A DNA stretch of 64,000 bases from the human T2T-CHM13v2.0 reference genome, Homo sapiens, in the NCBI RefSeq assembly GCF_009914755.1, contig NC_060926.1, one strand, 5' to 3'. Position numbers and translations under genes: made by a program. Shown piece after piece: positions 17,607 through 38,898 of the stretch. The notes under the pieces were generated by a model. It was not told where the DNA came from and did no database searches. It saw only the letters and a program-made list of their open reading frames with translations. Each line of letters starts with the position of its first letter. Position 1 is the first letter of the stretch.

Positions 17607-17948
17607 TGAGTGAGAAATGCTGACGTAGTACGTATTTTATTGCAGTGATATTTTCAGGAAGAACTTCATTTCCAAGTGTCAAATATTTCAGGGGGTATGT
17701 GATGACTGTAAGCTGACAACAGTAGCCAAGGTGAGCCTTTTTTCTTTCCTAAGAAAAAAGTCTCGCGCAAATATTCAGGAGGTTTGAAATCATCACTTTA
17801 AGGAAAAAACTGAAATATCTTACAGTGAGTTTTAGGTCTACTTGACAGAGGAATCAAAATTAATTTACAGCCAGCCATTAATATGCTACTCACCTGCATG
17901 TTGTTCAAGAAAAGAAAAATATGTCAATATACAAGAATAATGAAATGT

Positions 17949-18002
17949 TTTATTTTTTGTTGTCTTGAAAACAATTACTAAAATGTAATTCAGGATTTTA
18001 TT
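17949..18002 (-). terminator. ORC2: Candidate proximal ORC2 poly(A) signals (AATAAA at 17954-17949 and 18002-17997)
   Basis: tttatt twice on the + strand, 750-800 nt past the stop codon; U-rich sequence downstream on the minus strand. Confidence 0.6.
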
Positions 18003-18750
18003 TCTCTAGCCTGGCTTCTCACTGGTATCATGAAGGTCATGGCACAGACAATAACTGTTCCAAATATATGACGTATTGTTCCTGTGCTTTCTAGGCTGGG
18101 TAGATACCCTATATACTCTGTTTTTCCCATTATCCCAACTGAATAGTATTATAATATATTCCCTCCCCTGCCCCCACCAAGTACATAGCCTCAATCCAAA
18201 AGGAGAAAGCTGGATCACTCACCTCTTCCCAATCTACACCTTTTAAGTTGTTTTAGAAACAATAAGAGATGACCTGCCCTCTCCATTACACTCGTTGGTT
18301 CTGACACACAGAATAGCAAACAAAACCAATTTACGTGATGCCCATGTCTTTATACTTCCACACTCTGGAACAAACACACTTGCAAACAATCAGCTCGGGG
18401 AGTGTTAAAAGGCCCTCAAAAAATTCAGAATATCTCTAAGTATAAAATAATTCAAAAACATCCAGTTCCAAATAGTCCCTGAGCACACTGTTCATTCCAG
18501 CAAGAAGTCTCCAGAGAGGTAATGAATGAAAGGCACATTTTCTCCAACTTGAGGACCGCTGCATAGTACTAGACGGTACCAGCCAGGCTGATCAAAAAGT
18601 TCTAATTGAGGACATCCCCCCCTTCCCAAATTTAAATCTTGTATGCTGGAAAAATAATTTAATGTCAGATGTAAACACAACACTTTCAACTAGAGGAGTG
18701 GCAGCTGGGGTACAACCCTTCCATGGGAGATTCAAGAATAAAGGAAAGCT

Positions 18751-18837
18751 TCAAGCCTCCTCTTCTTCCTTTTCCAAGAAATCAGTCAATGTTCCATTAT
18801 CAACAGGAATTAATAAATACTCTACTCCATCAGTTCC
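18751..18837 (-). CDS. ORC2: ORC2 last coding exon: [28 protein letters not shown]
   Basis: tctttcag|GGA; TGA at 18753-18751; matches the ORC2 C-terminus. Confidence 0.96.
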   Translation of the reverse strand, partial: GTDGVEYLLIPVDNGTLTDFLEKEEEEA

Positions 18838-19099
18838 CTGAAAGATTTAAGAATACCTGTACGTTAGTCATTCATAAGAGGTATATGAACTCTTCTATTG
18901 TAGAGGCTAAAGAAAAAATGAATTTATTTCTTGGATGTAATTTTTAAATATATAAGTATAAAAAGGCAAAAGGGCACACAGTCATATATACTTAAATATA
19001 TGGAGTTATAGTTAAACATCCTTATAGTGGAAAAGACAACTAACTAGAGGGTGGGTAGGTGGGTATTTATTTTTTTCATTGTGCTTTAGATCATTCTTC

Positions 19100-20465
<1,366 letters not shown>

Positions 20466-20744
20466 AGAGGGAAAAAACAAAAGAACAGAATTATTTGACT
20501 CACCATGTTTCTAATTGCCTATTACTCTGGACTAGAACATGTGAGTTTTCTGCTCTGCTCTGAAGCAGGGTACTTCTACCATGGCTCTTTCTACAAACTC
20601 AAATGGCACATCCCCTAAATGAATCTCTGTGACTCAACAGGGAACATCAGTTTCAAAATCAGGTCTAAGTCAAACATATATGTGTCCTTAAGTAAATGAT
20701 ACGGACTATTCCTGGCATACAATGCTACAATAGTGGAGTCTTAC

Positions 20745-20863
20745 CTTCTTTGTTCTTATAAGCTTGTGGTCCCTAAATTCAGTTAACTGGGCCCGGAGTG
20801 TCAGATCACTATTGACGAGGAATGCCTCCCGACACTGCTGGTAAAAATCTTGAAAAGAAAGGC
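20745..20863 (-). CDS. ORC2: ORC2 exon 17 (119 nt): [39 protein letters not shown] (winged-helix region)
   Basis: acttgccag|GC ... AAG|gtaaga; conserved EFRDH motif. Confidence 0.96.
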
Positions 20864-21380
20864 CTGGCAAGTTCAAAAGGATATGAACATAAGTCAGCAC
20901 TTAAGACATGACCCAATATACAAACACCCATACAAAAGAACAGAATAAAAGTGCTATTTGCATGTTATCCCAGAGCAGTGAACAAGTATTGATAGGACTT
21001 TTAAAGAAGGAACAAGTAAGTCATGAGAGCAGAACAATTATTAAAATGTTTGTTGAAATCATTTTTGCCAAAGGGGAAGAAAATCTCCTAAGATGCCTAG
21101 AATATGAAAAATATGTACTTGGCAGATACACATCCATAGTTAGCACAGAAAATTTTAAAAGTAAGCTGGGTTTGTCTTTCAATTTGTGTTGGCAAACACC
21201 TTGCTCAGCAGTGGATCTGTAGAGCTGCTTGAAAATTTGCTATGTGGCAGACATACCCATCATGAGTGACCACTTACTCACTGCTGTGAAAAACTGCACT
21301 GCTGTCATTAAATTCCAGAGACAGGAAATGTACAGGGTAAAACAAAAATTACACAATTGAATGTCATAAATATTGGATAC

Positions 21381-21442
21381 CAATGTAAGAAGGGTTATCC
21401 TGGTTGTCCAGCTGGTATTTTATTAGTAGCCTGAAAATTCCC
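21381..21442 (-). CDS. ORC2: ORC2 exon 16 (62 nt): [20 protein letters not shown](G)
   Basis: T15-ag|G acceptor, atypical donor TTG|gtatcc; frame continuous. Confidence 0.94.
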
Positions 21443-21498
21443 CTAAAAAAAAAAAAAAACAGGAATTTAAATCCAAAAATGTTAACATCAAAAGGTAA

Positions 21499-24901
<3,403 letters not shown>

Positions 24902-25675
24902 GAGTTGAATGCTAATCTCATCTTCAGTGTTCAAATCAGCTTTACAGAGTAACAACATTCATTAAAATTAGCATTTGAGGGTTAACATTTGAGTCTTGTG
25001 GTGATGGTACAGCTGAGTGTATACATGGAGGTGGCAGTCATACAAGGCTACAAGTGACAAAACTGCACAGAACTTACACACACGAGTGCAGCATGTATAA
25101 TAGTGAAATCCAAATATGGATGGGATTATAACAATGTCAATTTCTTGGTTCTGATACTGTACTGTGTTTATATGAGATGGTGGTGGTTGGTGGAAGTTGG
25201 TGCTTTGGGAGGAGGGTACATGAGACTTCCCTGCATGTATTTTTGTAGCTTCTTCTGAATCTATAATCATCTCACAACAAAAAGTTAATCCCTCCACCAC
25301 AAACACACAGGTAAAAGAAAAATAAATGGAAAATAAATTGCTAGGGGGGGTTAAAAAAAAAAAAGATATCCCCAAAGTCCCTGTGTACACTCTCCTCTAT
25401 CTATTCCCCTTTATTCTTCTCCAGGGTTGGTACCTAATTTTTTTTTATTATTTTTAGTACCTAAAAAGACCTAATTCCATGCACATTTTAAACTTTTATT
25501 CATACTGATATATACATTTGAATGCTATATATTTTATATGGTTTTATTTCTACAACAAACATCTGTTCAGTTCAGCATTTGTCCTAAACGAAAATATCTG
25601 GTTTGGACAATATATATCGTCACACTACTATCATCCCATATAAGTCAATATCCTGGCTGCCAATGCTGCTTCTAA

Positions 25676-26260
<585 letters not shown>

Positions 26261-26829
26261 TAAATTTTCTTTCAAATTTAAAACAAAAAAATTCATTTAC
26301 ATTTTGACTAATTTATAGATCTAATACCTGTTTTTCTGGAGACAGGGTCTTGCTCTATCACCCAGGCTGGAGTGCAGTGGCGCAATCTCGGCTCCCTTCA
26401 GCCTCCTCAGCTGAGACTATGGGTGTACACCACCACACTCAATTAATTTTTAAAATTTTTTGTAGAGATGTAGTCTCCCTATGTTGCCCAGGCTGGTCTC
26501 AAGGTCCCAGCTGGAGCAATCCTCCTGCCTTAGCTTCGCATAGTGTTGGGATTACAGGCTTGAGCCACTGTGCCTGGCAAGTCTAACACATTTCTAACTT
26601 GGAAAGAATTGCTACTCTTATAATATTTAATCTACCCACCCAAGAACACAATATTTCTTTTCATCTATCCAGCTCTTAATTATCTATTCTCAGCAAGGTT
26701 TGTTATTTTTCAACACTTCATCTTGTTAAATATAATTCTATAATTTTATGCTTTTGTCAGGGGGTAAAGTTTGTTACTAAAAGCTTCTTTCAACAGGCTA
26801 ATTATGCAATTTCTTTATTATTTTTTTGA

Positions 26830-26940
<111 letters not shown>

Positions 26941-27671
26941 TGAGACTACAGGTGCGTGCCACCACACCTGGCTAATTTTTGTATTTTTGGTAGAGATGGG
27001 GTTTCCCCATGTCGGCCAGGCTGGTCTCGAACTCCTGACCTCAAGTGACCCACCTGCCTTGGCCTCCCAAAGTGCTGGTATTACAGGTGTAGGCCACTGC
27101 GTCCGGCTAATTATGCAATTTATTTTTTGCTGGCTTATGCTATAACCAGCTTGCATTTATTAATTCAGATATGCCTCTAGGTTAGGCTGCTGTAAGGGCT
27201 TGACTGGAGACATTATACAGTGATGTTTAAGAGCATGAGTTTTGGAGCTGGCATATCTGGATCAAAGTCTTTGTGCCACTGACTATCCACCTTAGTTAGG
27301 ATCAAATGAAGTAATGCATATAAAGTACTCACTGTTTGGATCAGAATGTTCAATATGTAATGAAAAATAACCATAAAATTTAAGTAAAAGTCATGAAAAG
27401 TCTGCTTTTTCTCCATTATGACCAGTCAGGTGCTCATATTCAGAAATATCAAAGAAATAAAAAGTTGGTATTCTCGCTTTATTACTGGGCAATTTGATAG
27501 ACTACTGTTGACTTGTCTGCCTACTCCATAATCCAGTACTGGTAACTATTATTACTATAATTTCACTTAATCCTTCAACTAACTAGGGACTTCAGTATCC
27601 CCATTAAAACCTAGTAGTACATATCTTAAAATGTATAGTTTTTAAAAAAGAAATATGGTTTTCATCCTTAC

Positions 27672-27843
27672 CTTGCATTAGGGGTAAGGCTTCGTAAGAC
27701 ATGAGTAAGGGAGCTAAGTGGCAGGGATCCAGACTGCTTTACCAGAAGAGAGTTCTCATAGGAGGTTTCTTCAGTATAAGGACTGTATGTAGTAGTTTCA
27801 TACCAGAGCCAGTTAAAAAGACTCTGCTTTGCATGATCCCACA
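27672..27843 (-). CDS. ORC2: ORC2 exon 15 (172 nt): (M)[56 protein letters not shown](R)
   Basis: gtgctag|TG ... AAG|gtaagg; overlaps ORF 27668..27850. Confidence 0.96.
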
Positions 27844-28442
27844 CTAGCACATGATCAAAGAAAACAAGAATTACAAATTATTTTTATATTGTCATGTTAC
27901 TAGATTCCACTTTACAAAAGAATGAGAAAGGATTAAATAAAAATGAATCCCCAAGTTTTTCATTTTTGCCACTTCCATATCTAAATCAGTAACTCACAAT
28001 CTAATTTCATTTTCAACCAACATCTGAACCTTTATTTTCAATTAAGCATAAATTAAAATCTTAGCACTACCAATGCATTCTTTTTAAAAAATTAGTAATG
28101 TTTTAACATTTTCTTCTACAGGATTATCAGAAAGTCTATAAATTAAGTTCATAAAATAAATGTTGCGATATTACAAGAAGAGAAAGAGACCAAAATAATA
28201 GTTGGGTCTTTTCCCTCCATTTAACTTTAGACTAAAACATCCTCATTTAGTATCTGAATTTTTATTTCCAAAAATTATGTTCTAAATTAGATTGAGAACA
28301 TCTTTTTGGCAACCTGTGTTTTTAAACATGTAAAAGGGGAAAAAGCGTACTAAAAACAGTAAAAATTTTCTGATTTATATTAATAGAATTTGTCTTGTAA
28401 GACTGATATCTCTAGAAGGAAAAATAGTAACAATTAACTTAC

Positions 28443-28589
28443 TGAGAGGAGCATTGAGGTGGTCAATGGATGCTATAAGGTAAATGTTATGCAAAGATGA
28501 CAACTGACCAATGATTTGCTGGCTCTTCTCTCCTCTCAACATCTGGCTATCCAAATTGTGGATGAGAAGGAAGAGTTCTAAAGAAGAAT
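28443..28589 (-). CDS. ORC2: ORC2 exon 14 (147 nt): (D)[48 protein letters not shown]
   Basis: tctttttag|AT ... TCA|gtaagt; IHNLD and ASIDH are conserved ORC2 motifs. Confidence 0.96.
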
Positions 28590-30550
28590 CTAAAAAGAAA
28601 AGAAATCCAATTATTATTATTATTATTTTTAGAGGGTCTCACTCTGTTGCCTAGGCTAGAGTGCAGTGGTACAATCATAGCTCACTGCAGCCTCCAACTC
28701 CTGGACTCAAGCAATCCTCCCACCTCAGCCTCTCGATTACCTGGAACTAGGCGCACACCACCATGCCTGGCTAATTGTTTTTTTGGTAGAGACGGGGTCT
28801 CACTAAGTTGCCCAGGTTGGTCTTGAACTCCTGGACTCAACTTGGCCTCCCAAAGTGCTAGGATCACAGACGTGAACCACCATGTCCAGCTGCAATTATT
28901 ATTTTTAGTGATATTTCAGTGATTATTTCCTCTACCATACACAATGCCTAGGTATTAAAAAATAAAGTAGTATAGGATAAAATAATGATTGCTTAGGGGT
29001 ATGTAATTTATTTGAGAAGATATGTCATTTACTCATAAAATAGACATGATTAGCACTGAAGTCAGGCCCTACAGAAAGCAGCTTTTTGTTTTGTTTTGTT
29101 TTTTAAGACAAGTTCTGGCTCTGTTGTCCAGGCTAGAGTGCAGTGGGGTGATCTCAGCTCACTGCAACCCTGACATCCAGGGCTCAAGCCATCCTTCCAC
29201 TTCAGCCTCCCGAGTAGCTGGGACTATAGGCGTGTACCACCACACCTAGCTGATTTTTATATTTTTTGTAGAGATGGGGTTTCACCATGTTGCCCAGGCT
29301 GGTCTAGAACTCGTGAGCTCAAGTGATCTGCCCGCCTCGGCCTCCCAAAGTGGTGGGATTACATGTGTGAGCCGCCGTGCTCAGCCTAAAGAAAGCAGCT
29401 TTAATAAGGCATGGGAAATAGGCAAGATGTATACAATAGATTGGAGGTGAATCTGTGCATGTTTTATTACACTGTGGGAGTGGAGGGATACCAAAAAAAC
29501 CAAAGGATTTCTCAGAAAGCATTATATATAATGCTCTCAGAGATTATATAGAAAACCCGGATTATCACAAAAGCCAAAGGAGACCAAAAAAGGAGTGGGT
29601 GGGGGGTGGGGGTTAGGATACTGCTCAAGGCATCAGGAAGTTCAGATAAATTATAAAAGTCAGTGAAGGAGGAATTTAGAGGATGGAGCTGTTGACACTA
29701 TCAAATACAGCAGAGATCAAGATAAAGGATGAGCCAAGGTCACTGGGCTTGGTAAGAAGAAAGTTACAGGTGATCAAGCATACAGTTCTGATAGCACAGA
29801 GGAAAGACATTAGAATGAAATAGGTAAAAAAAAAAAAAAAAAAAATTGAAGGCAGGACATGTCTTCCAAAATACTGAAACCGTATGAAACAGAAAAATAA
29901 AATAGTGTGAAAGGGCAGCAGAATCAGGTAACTTTTATTTTTAATGTATATTTAAAAGCCACAGGTATTGATAAGTCTCTCTGGAGACTTGGCATACGTG
30001 ATAGAGTATAAGTCTTTCAGAGAGTGAGTTAATTTCTCTTCTACTCGGGGGTAGATGGGTAAGAGAGACAATACAGTGACAAAGATTCTGAGATGACACA
30101 TTGTGAAAATCCCAGGTTCCCTGAAATCTAGACGTCATCATATTTAACAGTATCAAAACCAAAAACACCCAAAACCAAACGTATGTATACACACAGACGC
30201 ACACAAATATAAAGTGACTTAGGCATCTATTTTAATGAGCATACGAACAATACTGGGCTCTTACAAGGATCTGTGGTAAGGGAATAAAAAGCAATGCTTC
30301 TGTTATTCTTTAAGTAGGAGAACTTATGTTGAAAACTAAAGACAATTCAGAAAAACAAGGCAAAATTATTATAGGAATAAATATTGCAGCAATTGATTTT
30401 TAATTAAATAATAAGGTTGAAAGAACTGAAAACAAACCAAACAGATTTGTTTCTCTTACAATAACCTGCTAGTAATTCACTATATGCCCACATAATCAAT
30501 GAATAAGATATGTTCACATATGCAGTAGTTTTAGGGTTCTGGGAAATATA

Positions 30551-31478
<928 letters not shown>

Positions 31479-32229
31479 CTGTTTTCAAATGTGTAGAGTT
31501 GGTATAAAAATGTATATTGTCTGGCTGGGCTCATGCCTGTAATCCCAGCACTTTGGAAGGCCCAGGCAGGAGTATCCCTTGAGGCCTAGGAGTTTGAGAC
31601 CAGCCTGGGCAACACAGTGAGACTCCATCTCTACAAAAAATTTTAACAATAGCCAGGCAGGTGATATGTGCCTGTAGTCCCAGCTAATGGGGAGGCTGAG
31701 TTGGGTGGATCACTTGGGCCCAGGAGATTTAGGATGTAGTGAGCTGTGTTTGTGCCACTGGACTCCAGCCTGGGTGAGAGAGCAAGACTGTGTTAAAAAA
31801 AAAAAGTATACGGTCCATTTCTATAAAGAACTGTGGATAAAATGGGTGTAGGAGTGTGAAAGGAAATTTGGGACAGAAAGCTTTTCAGGTTGGAAACAAA
31901 ATGAAGACAAAACTAAAGAACATGCTAGAATATTGACAAGATAAAAGTACTACGGAACAGAGCTAAGATTATTGTCATTATCAAAAAAATTATCCATCAA
32001 AGCAGTTAGGCATTCTCAATTACTTCTCTTAATTCTTAATTTAGTCATTACTAAATGGCAATTAACTGTTAGAGACTATATAATACTATTTCCAATTTTC
32101 TGACATACTCACATAACCAAAACATTCACACCAAAAGAATCAAGAGATCTTAGTATATAAAATTATCTCAATGTAATGATATGTACACAGAATAAAGAAA
32201 TAATGTTTTATTTATTTATTTATTTTTAG

Positions 32230-32446
<217 letters not shown>

Positions 32447-32554
32447 TGACCCACTGAGCTCGGCCTCCCAAAGTGCTGGGATTACAGGCGTCAGCCACTG
32501 CGCCCAGCCAAGAAATAATGTTTTATAAAAACATTAAACAATATAAAAATATCA

Positions 32555-32755
<201 letters not shown>

Positions 32756-33025
32756 TTATAAACAGAAACAGGCTTTTGGATATACAAACTTAAGAAAGTG
32801 GGACTAACATTTTTCTTTCCTGTTAAGTTCACGGAAAAAGTTCATAGAAAAAGGACAAACTTTTTTAGAGCACCAAGATAAATGCCATTATTAAAATAAT
32901 CTTTTTGGGCCAGGTGTGGTGGCTCACACCTATAATCTCAGCCCTTTGGGAGGCCAAGGCAGGAGGACTGCTTGAGCCCAGAAGTTCAAGACTATCCTGG
33001 GCAACATAGCGAGACCTCATCTCTA

Positions 33026-33271
<246 letters not shown>

Positions 33272-33285
33272 CTACTTCATGTTAC

Positions 33286-33382
33286 CTTCTTTAAATTTGT
33301 TTACTATCCAGTCTAGCTGATCCAGTATACTGCGGAAAGTACCCATATGATCGAGGACTTCTTCTGTTATAGAATTCAGGAC
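33286..33382 (-). CDS. ORC2: ORC2 exon 13 (97 nt): [32 protein letters not shown]
   Basis: catgatatag|GTC ... AAG|gtaaca; weak polypyrimidine tract, but frame and protein match. Confidence 0.94.
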
Positions 33383-34217
33383 CTATATCATGAATGTGGA
33401 AGAGGTACCACATTAATTACAATTTATTGTCATATACAACTAGAAAATCAAACCTTTTTTTATAAATTAAAAATGAATTTGGATTTCCCAAAAGTTTAAA
33501 AAATAACTTTTAAAAATTCTACTGGTACTTGAGTATATCTAATTCATTGTTTTTTGCCTAAGTTGTGGCTAAAAGAAAACAGAAAAGAATAGCAAAGATG
33601 TACAGGTAATAGGTAATATAAGAGGGCAGCAAAAACAAATGAAAAAGCTCCCAAGAACATGAGAAACATTAGAAAACTACAGTTCTATCAAAGGAAACAG
33701 GACACAAACACTACAGACACTTTAAAAAAGGAATACTATATGGCTCAATATCCAGCACCCAAAAGATTTCATGTTCAAATGATGAAGAGATATTAAGCAT
33801 TTGAAATAAAAATGATCTATGATAAATGTATTGTTAAACTACAGTCTTCACATCACATCCTGTTGCATTTTAAAGCATTTTCACAGCATGTAGTTTTTGC
33901 CTAATAAAGCATTTTCATAGTTTATAACAAAACTGAAGACCCCATAATTCCCTCCTTCAGAAGTACCACTGATACTCAGTATAGTAAACAAAGCTAACAT
34001 TTTCCTAAGTTTTAATACATGTCAGTTACAATGTAGGACATTCGAAGATGGTTTCAAAGCTAGATTCTTGAGTCCAAACACATGGTATTAAGCACTATAC
34101 AATCCTACTACCGTGAAGGCTAAAACAAAAATTCTTTAATACTCCATCCTCATTTATGTGGGGGCTTGAATTGGCAGAGGATATAATGTTTTTCCCTTTA
34201 ACATTTTTGAAACTTAC

Positions 34218-34350
34218 TGATTTCACACTGATTCCAGGAAAGAAGCCATTGATGACAACGTGAATGGAATCTTGCAGCATAGTGGTTCGAAACCTTTCTA
34301 GTAAATCTCTCTTAGAACCCAAACCATAAAGCACAATGTTGAACCCAAGG
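34218..34350 (-). CDS. ORC2: ORC2 exon 12 (133 nt): [44 protein letters not shown]
   Basis: cctaacag|C ... TCA|gtaagt; degenerate Walker-A-like YGLGSK of the ORC2 AAA+-like fold. Confidence 0.97.
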
Positions 34351-34925
34351 CTGTTAGGAAAGACAGTATTCATGAAATTAAACTTCAATACCTCTTATTG
34401 CCAATTTTATTATCAACCAGTTTCCTTAAATTCAGTTTATAAAAAATACAGGAAAGGGGTAGGCGCACTGGCTCAAGCCTGTAATCCCCGAATTTTGGGA
34501 AGGCAAACGCAAAAAAGTTTTTCATGTATGTATATATATGTATCTTTTTTTTTTTGAGACAGAGTCACTCTGTCACCCAGACTGGAGTCCAGTGGCACTC
34601 TTGGCTCACTGCAACCTCAGCCTCCCAGGTTCAAGCAACTCTTCAGCGTCAGTCTCCCAAGAAGCTGGGGCTACAGCTGTGCACCACCATACCTGGCTAA
34701 TTTTTATATTTTTACTAGAGATGAGCTTTTGCCATGTTGCCCAGGCTGGTCTTGAACAACTGGGCTCAAGTAATCCACCCACCTTGGCCCCCAAAATTGC
34801 TGGGACTACAGGTGTGAGCCACCATGTCTAGCCAAAAATATTTTTATTTAAAAAAAAAATTAGGTCAGGTGCGGTGGCTCACGCCTGTAATCCCAGCACT
34901 TTGGGAGGCCGAGGTGGGCGGATCA

Positions 34926-35153
<228 letters not shown>

Positions 35154-35157
35154 CTAA

Positions 35158-35271
<114 letters not shown>

Positions 35272-35489
35272 TGAGCAGCTGGATTACAGGCGCCCGCCAC
35301 CATGCCCAGCTAATTTTTATATTTTTAGTAGAGACGGGGTTTCACCATGTTGGTCTTGAACTCTTGACCTCAGGTGATGTGCCTGCCTTAGCCTCTCAAA
35401 GTGCTGGGATTACAGGCATGAGCCACCGTGCAAGGCCAGGAATCAATGTTTAGTGATTCAGCCATCCCAGTTCTTCCTCTTCCTTCCTA

Positions 35490-36073
<584 letters not shown>

Positions 36074-36386
36074 TAACACGGTGAAATCCTGTCTCTACTA
36101 AAAATACAAAAAAATTAGCTGGGCGTGGTGGCAGGCACCTGTAGTCCCAGCTACTCAGGAGGCTGAGGCAGGAGAATGGCGTGAACACGGGAGGCAGAGC
36201 TTGCAGTGAGCCGAGATTGCACCACTGCACTTCAGCCTGGGCAACAGAGCAAGACTCTGTCTCAAAAAAAAAAACAACAAAAAAAAAGTCCTAAAAACTT
36301 TTATAGGCTGAAGCAGAGTTGAAACTGATACAAATTGAAAAGAGGTCAAGTAACAAAGGCCTTGTTAAGTCATACTAAACCATTAA

Positions 36387-36713
<327 letters not shown>

Positions 36714-38788
36714 TAAAAGTAACTAATGAGGGGTTAACAGAAAGGTTTTAAGTAGGAAAGTAACATGTTCTTTTCAGAAAGATCACATTGATTATATTTG
36801 GGGAATGGACAGGAAGGAACAAAACTGTGGAAGATTAACTTAGCTGTCATGGAGAAAAATGTTAAAATGTCAAGAACTTTATAGAAAGTCAAACCAGTAA
36901 GAGTTGGAGACTGATTAGATGTGGAGAGTGAGGAAAAGAATACTTAAGAATGACTCAGGGCTGGGCGCTGTGGCTCACACCTGTAATCCCAGCAGTTTTG
37001 GAAGCCAAGGCAGAGAATTGCTTGTGCCCAGGGGTTTGAGACCAGCCTAGGCAAGATGGTGAGACCTCATCTCTACACAATAAAAAATAAAAAAAATTAG
37101 CCCAGGCATGGTGGCACACATCTATGGACCCAGCTATTTGGGAAGCTGAGGTGGGAGGATTGCTTGAACCCAGGAGGTTGGGGCTCCTTGAGCTGTATTC
37201 ACACCATTCTGGGTGACAGAGTGAGACTGTCTCTTAAAAAGAAAAGAAAAAAAAAAAAGAATGACTCAGTTTTCTGCCATAGGCAACTACACAAATGGAG
37301 TGACTAACATTCAGTCATTCACTCTGCTGGATAGCAGGGGCAGGTGGGAACAGTGGATTTCAGATGAGTTTAATTTTATGTATGTTGAATTATTTACAGG
37401 ACACCCAAGTATAAACTTCTAATATACATTCAGATATCCAGGTCTGCTACTGAGAGTGAGGTATGGGTTGGAGGTTAACAGTTACATGAGTCATTCATAT
37501 ACAGAAAACAACTGAAGCCAGAAGGGTGAATGAGACCACCCAGAACACCAAGCACTAGAGGTCAAGCTAAAGTCCAACTCCGTGATTGTTTACAAAGGTC
37601 AAGCAGAAACAGTATTTATGTGATGCTCTCTGGCAATGCAGGATAACCTAGAAATGGAAGAACAGAAAAGAGGTAACCTCCAAAGGTAGAGATTACCAAG
37701 GTCAAAGCAGCAGAAATAAAGAGGCAAGGAATTCAGAGAGCTAGCAATTCCAACAAACTTGCTGACTATAAGGTCTAATCTGAGAAGCAAAGCAAATTAA
37801 GTTATCTAAGTTGACACGCTGGGAGAAAAAAATGATGGGCTGGGGATGGGATTAGAATGAAGAGCTTACAAATTTATAATGCATAGATCCATAAATAGTT
37901 ATTGAGAGAAGCTGAGGTTCTTGCAGGCAAGTTAATCATTCCCTTCCTAGCATAACTTTTTTTTTTTTTTTTTTTTAAGACAGAGTCTCTCAAACCCCTG
38001 GGCTCAAGCAATCCTCCTGCCTTGGCCTCCCAAAGCACTGGGATTATGGGAGGCCAAGTGCCTGGTCCATGGCTCTACCTTCTTATTTACCTCAGTGACA
38101 ATGTAACTGTGAGTGTGCATGTATATTCACATTAGTGTACATTTTAAGCACTTCCTTATGTTCAAGTCTTTTTAACTGCAAGGATAAAAGTAATTATCAT
38201 AAAAAGAAAGTATTATGTTTTGATTTCAATCATTCTTCTAGGTGTTTTAATGGAAATTTAAAATTTAATCTGAGGTGTGTGAAAATAATAACAGTGAAAA
38301 AATATTCTAGGAAATAATGTTAAAATAGTAAAATAATGCTTATAGAACAAATCTGTTCATAAAATTCTGAAAGTCTGTAGTACACATACATAAGATTAAA
38401 GTAAATATTATCCTTTCATTTAAAGAACTATGCTGTGGAAAACTTTATAATTTTTTTTTCTAATTGTTATATTTATTAATCTTGACAAAGGAAATATTCA
38501 AGTTTTTTAAACCAATAACATAATTCTAAGAAATGCTATTTATCTTATCAATGGCTGTCAAGTCTGATAAACACAAATTTCTTAAAAACTGTAGAATTTC
38601 TGGGAAGAGTCATACAATAAAGTGACATTTCTATATCTGAGTCATAATGTCTATTTTTACATTTATTTTTATATATGACTAAATATCTGAAACTCACTGT
38701 AAAAAGAAAAATGTTAACTTACTTTAACATAAAGATTCATGTAAATATTATTCTTTATTTTACAAGGGTTTGTAATGATAATACTTAC

Positions 38789-38898
38789 TGTAATTGCAGC
38801 ATCCATTTATGAAATAATTTTTCATACTGTTGATTTAGTTGTTTAAGTTCGGCAGAAAAGGAAGGGGAAACCTTGCTCAATAAGTTACGCAAAGTTTG
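38789..38898 (-). CDS. ORC2: ORC2 exon 11 (110 nt): [36 protein letters not shown](H)
   Basis: ttttttttaaag|CAA ... ACA|gtaagt. Confidence 0.95.

Noticed and set aside
17761-17772. tctcgcgcaaat as an E2F- or BANP-like site
   Set aside because: Imperfect match, isolated CpGs, and located in a 3' UTR with no CpG island; neither gene's promoter is in the window
29597-29617. G-rich run as a G-quadruplex
   Set aside because: Only three clear G-tracts of 3 or more; marginal motif in repeat-derived sequence
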